IMG/VR virus record: IMGVR_UViG_3300017912_002743
Span: 1-51,237 of that record
DNA: 51,237 nt
DNA from: a virus
Taxonomy: Duplodnaviria; Caudoviricetes
Direction: 5' to 3' (one strand)
A program made the translations under genes and the position numbers. This document shows positions 48,459 through 51,237 of this stretch, in pieces; the first letter of the stretch is position 1; each line of letters opens with the position of its first letter. Below the pieces are notes generated by a model that did no database searches, was not told the origin of the DNA, and was given only the letters and a program-made list of their open reading frames with translations.

Positions 48459-49988
48459 ATGAATAAAGTGAAGATTGCTCTTGTAGTCTTGTTCTCATTA
48501 TGGGCAACAAGTGCATATGGAGCAATAGAAGAAGTGGTTGTTACTGGATCCACCAAAGAAATAGGATCTTCTCAACCTGAGTATGATGGCTCTGCAATTG
48601 AAGCAGTGCAAATGTTTAATGTATTTCAAGCTGGAGGACTCGGCGGTTTTGCTGCAGTCGCAAGGCATGGTACAGATACAAAACATACAGCAGTCTATAG
48701 AAACGGAGTTCCAGTAAACGATCCGAGTGGTGGTTGGTTTGATTTTGGTACAGAGTTACCAACATTCCAAACATATCAGATTATCTCTGGACCAAACAGC
48801 GTTATGTTTGGAAGTTCCGCTATGGCTGGAACTGTATTGATGGAAGATACTTTCGACCCAAGATTCTTTTACAAAGGTGGTGAAGATCGTTCATTGATCA
48901 TCGGTGGTAATGAGTTTTTTCAGTTCTCACATTATAAAGGTTCAAATGGATCTGTTAGAACAGATAACGAAGAAACAGACTGGTTTGAGAACACAACACT
49001 TAAAACTAAATATGAAACAGATAACTGGACGACCATAGCAACAGTCCAAGATTATTCATACGACTACGATAACTGCTGGGTTGAATTTACTCCTATCAAT
49101 AATTGTGTTCAAGATGGTCAAAAAAGAGATCTATCAATTAGAAATAATTGGATGACTATCGGCTATCATGAGAATGACGTTGAGCATAATACTGGTTGGT
49201 CTTCAATCAGCAAAAGATATTTTGTAGACTTTAATGAAGAAGTTACAGACGGTCTTGTTTTAGGATTACAAGCACACAAACAATCATATAACGATGAGGA
49301 TTATCAACACGAAGCAGTGTATGTTAATTATCAAAATGATACTATTGCTCTCGGTACTAGATGGGAAGATGGTAATCTAATTTTCAGAGCAGGATACGAA
49401 TACGAAAAATTTAAAGTATCTGTCGCTAACAGTATTAGAATGCCAAACTTATATGAAAGATTTGGCGACGACTGGGTATCTGCTAATCCTAACCTCGAGG
49501 CAGAAGATAGTAAAGGTATCGAGATGGCTTATGATTGGGTACAAGTCTTTTATTATCACTTTGATGAGAGTATAGACTTTGATATGCAAGCATATAAATA
49601 TATTAACACAGGTGGCTATATATCTCGAGGAATTAAATTTAATGAGCATCTATTATTTGATAATGGTGCATTACATATGGCTGCTCTGATCAATGATAGC
49701 GAACAAATTAGATCTGCCAAATATCAAATCAAAATATCTTGGTTTGGAATGGTAAATGGTTGGGATTATCTAATTGGTTATGTTGGTCAGTTTGATAGAG
49801 GAGACGACTTTGATGGTTCTCCTATTGATAATGTTTCTACATTCGACTTTAACATCGGTAAATATATTGGTACAAAAACTAGAATCGGATTTCAAATATC
49901 AGATATATTTGATAGAGAATTCGAGATTCTACCCAACTATGGTGCAGGTGGCAGATCCTTTGCCATCAGCTTCGACCGTACTCTCTAA
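48459..49988 (+). CDS. TonB-dependent outer-membrane receptor (compact, BtuB-like)
   Basis: Signal peptide MNKVKIALVVLFSLWATSAYG, TonB-box-like IEEVVVTG, plug motifs HTAVYRNGVPVND and ISGPNSVMFGSSAMAGTV, barrel motifs RMPNLYE..NPNLEAE and C-terminal DIFDREFE..NYGAGGRSFAISF; GGAGA RBS. Confidence 0.85.
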   Translation: MNKVKIALVVLFSLWATSAYGAIEEVVVTGSTKEIGSSQPEYDGSAIEAVQMFNVFQAGGLGGFAAVARHGTDTKHTAVYRNGVPVNDPSGGWFDFGTELPTFQTYQIISGPNSVMFGSSAMAGTVLMEDTFDPRFFYKGGEDRSLIIGGNEFFQFSHYKGSNGSVRTDNEETDWFENTTLKTKYETDNWTTIATVQDYSYDYDNCWVEFTPINNCVQDGQKRDLSIRNNWMTIGYHENDVEHNTGWSSISKRYFVDFNEEVTDGLVLGLQAHKQSYNDEDYQHEAVYVNYQNDTIALGTRWEDGNLIFRAGYEYEKFKVSVANSIRMPNLYERFGDDWVSANPNLEAEDSKGIEMAYDWVQVFYYHFDESIDFDMQAYKYINTGGYISRGIKFNEHLLFDNGALHMAALINDSEQIRSAKYQIKISWFGMVNGWDYLIGYVGQFDRGDDFDGSPIDNVSTFDFNIGKYIGTKTRIGFQISDIFDREFEILPNYGAGGRSFAISFDRTL

Positions 49989-50000
49989 GAAAGACATTCT

Positions 50001-51062
50001 ATGAAAATTGCTCTGATTACAGACACTCATTTCGGTGCACGTTCCGACTCTATTCCCTTTGATAAATTCTTTGAAAAGTTTTACAGAGAGAAATTTTTTC
50101 CAGAGTTAGAAAAACGTCAAATTAAAACTATTATCCATCTTGGTGATATATTTGACCGAAGAAAATTTATTAACTTTAATACATACAAAAGTTGTCGTGA
50201 ATATTTCTTTGACAAAGTCGAGGAACTTGAGATCGATATGCATATGATTCCAGGAAATCACGATACATATTTTAAGAACACCAATGAAGTAAATAGTCCT
50301 GAACTTTTGCTTAGAGATTATTCTTGTGTTCACATCTATCCAGAAGTGACCAAGCTATCATTCGATGGTAGAGATATACTGTTTACTCCTTGGATTTGTT
50401 CTGACAATTATCAACAGACAATGGAGGCAATCGATGAAACAGATGCAACAGTATGTTTTGGACACTATGAACTTGCTGGTTTCCAAATGTATAAAGGTCA
50501 TGCAAACGACCATGGGATGGATCCGAAAATATTTGATAAATTCCAGCTTGTCTGTTCTGGTCATTTTCATCACCGTTCTAGCAACGGCAACATTACTTAT
50601 CTTGGCAACCCTTATGAAATTACTTGGAGTGATTATGACGACCCTAGAGGATTTCACATCTATGATACGAGAACGAATGAATTGGAATTCATCCAAAACC
50701 CATTTAACGTATTTCACAAATTCTATTACAACGACGCAGATAATTCTTCTGGAACAGATATCGATGCTATTGATTATTCTAGCATTGCAAACGGATCTGT
50801 TAAGGTAGTTGTAGTACAAAAATCTGATTTCGGAAGGTTTGATGCTTTTATAGATAAACTCGAGTCTTGTGATTTAATTGAGTTAAAAATTATCGAGGAC
50901 TTCTCGGAGTTTGAAGACGATGCAATCGATACTGATAATCTGAATCTTGAAGACACGATAACATTACTTGATGAATACATTGATAATATCAACACTGACT
51001 TAGACCGAAAAAGACTTAAAGATGTTGTCAAAGGTCTATATGTAGAAGCCAAAAATTTATGA
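50001..51062 (+). CDS. gp47: Recombination endonuclease gp47 (Mre11/SbcD-like)
   Basis: ITDTHFGAR, HLGDIFDRRK, GNHD, GHYE, SGHFH, YLGNPYE. Confidence 0.95.
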   Translation: MKIALITDTHFGARSDSIPFDKFFEKFYREKFFPELEKRQIKTIIHLGDIFDRRKFINFNTYKSCREYFFDKVEELEIDMHMIPGNHDTYFKNTNEVNSPELLLRDYSCVHIYPEVTKLSFDGRDILFTPWICSDNYQQTMEAIDETDATVCFGHYELAGFQMYKGHANDHGMDPKIFDKFQLVCSGHFHHRSSNGNITYLGNPYEITWSDYDDPRGFHIYDTRTNELEFIQNPFNVFHKFYYNDADNSSGTDIDAIDYSSIANGSVKVVVVQKSDFGRFDAFIDKLESCDLIELKIIEDFSEFEDDAIDTDNLNLEDTITLLDEYIDNINTDLDRKRLKDVVKGLYVEAKNL

Positions 51063-51237
51063 TATACTTTGAAAAACTGCGGTGGAAAAACTTTCTCTCC
51101 ACTGGTAATGCCTTCTCTGAGGTCGAGTTTACAAGATCTCCATCTACTCTTATTGTGGGTGATAATGGTGCAGGAAAGTCAACATTCCTAGATGCACTTT
51201 GTTTCGCGTTGTTCAATAAACCTTTTAGAAACATAAA
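51059..51237 (+). CDS. gp46: Recombination ATPase gp46 (Rad50/SbcC-like), 3'-truncated
   Basis: Manual translation MIYFEKLRWKNFLSTGN...LIVGDNGAGKSTFLDALCFALFNKPFRNI (Walker A). Confidence 0.93.
   Translation, partial: MIYFEKLRWKNFLSTGNAFSEVEFTRSPSTLIVGDNGAGKSTFLDALCFALFNKPFRNI

Noticed and set aside
45495-49600. TATAAATA inside uvsW (45495) and inside the receptor gene (49593)
   Set aside because: Deep within coding sequence in an AT-rich genome and upstream of non-late genes; chance occurrence is plausible.
67-51234. Many antisense or alternate-frame ORFs in the track (e.g. 334-750, 10270-10647, 10852-11268, 34664-35197, 50358-50819, 51028-51234)
   Set aside because: Shadow ORFs overlapping well-supported phage genes; no RBS or recognisable motifs.
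1-51237. Frequent CAGCTG and TGCA words
   Set aside because: Readily explained by GCA/GCT alanine codons in Ala-rich structural proteins; not scored without a codon-aware null.

Overview
This window is a contiguous segment of a T4-like (Tevenvirinae/Kyanoviridae-type) myovirus genome, AT-rich, with the gene order of marine T4-like phages; no cyanophage photosynthesis genes are present here. It covers the baseplate module (gp48, gp53, hub, lysozyme-less gp5, gp25, PAAR, gp6, gp7, gp8, a 1995-aa DUF4815/VrlC-like protein), fibre-like proteins, the neck/terminase/tail/head module (gp13-gp23, gp3), uvsY/uvsW, gp55 and the start of gp47/gp46. Many T4 late promoters (TATAAATA) and several sigma70-type promoters are visible. 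Unusual content: (1) an ~8.4 kb locus where a virion-like protein with a Tyr-x-Gly-x repeat arm is followed by five GT-A glycosyltransferases, a 2OG-Fe(II)-like oxygenase, two methyltransferases, a cytidylyltransferase and a degenerate radical-SAM/SPASM fusion, a candidate virion glycosylation system; (2) a ~124-nt multi-stem, pseudoknotted intergenic RNA candidate before gp13; (3) a compact phage-encoded TonB-dependent receptor; (4) a probable AUA start codon, leaderless mRNAs and an antisense promoter next to gp55; (5) strong window-wide enrichment of CTGATCAG and CCWGGA; (6) one Gly/Thr-rich module pasted into five structural proteins. All calls come from motif recognition and synteny; no database searches were run.
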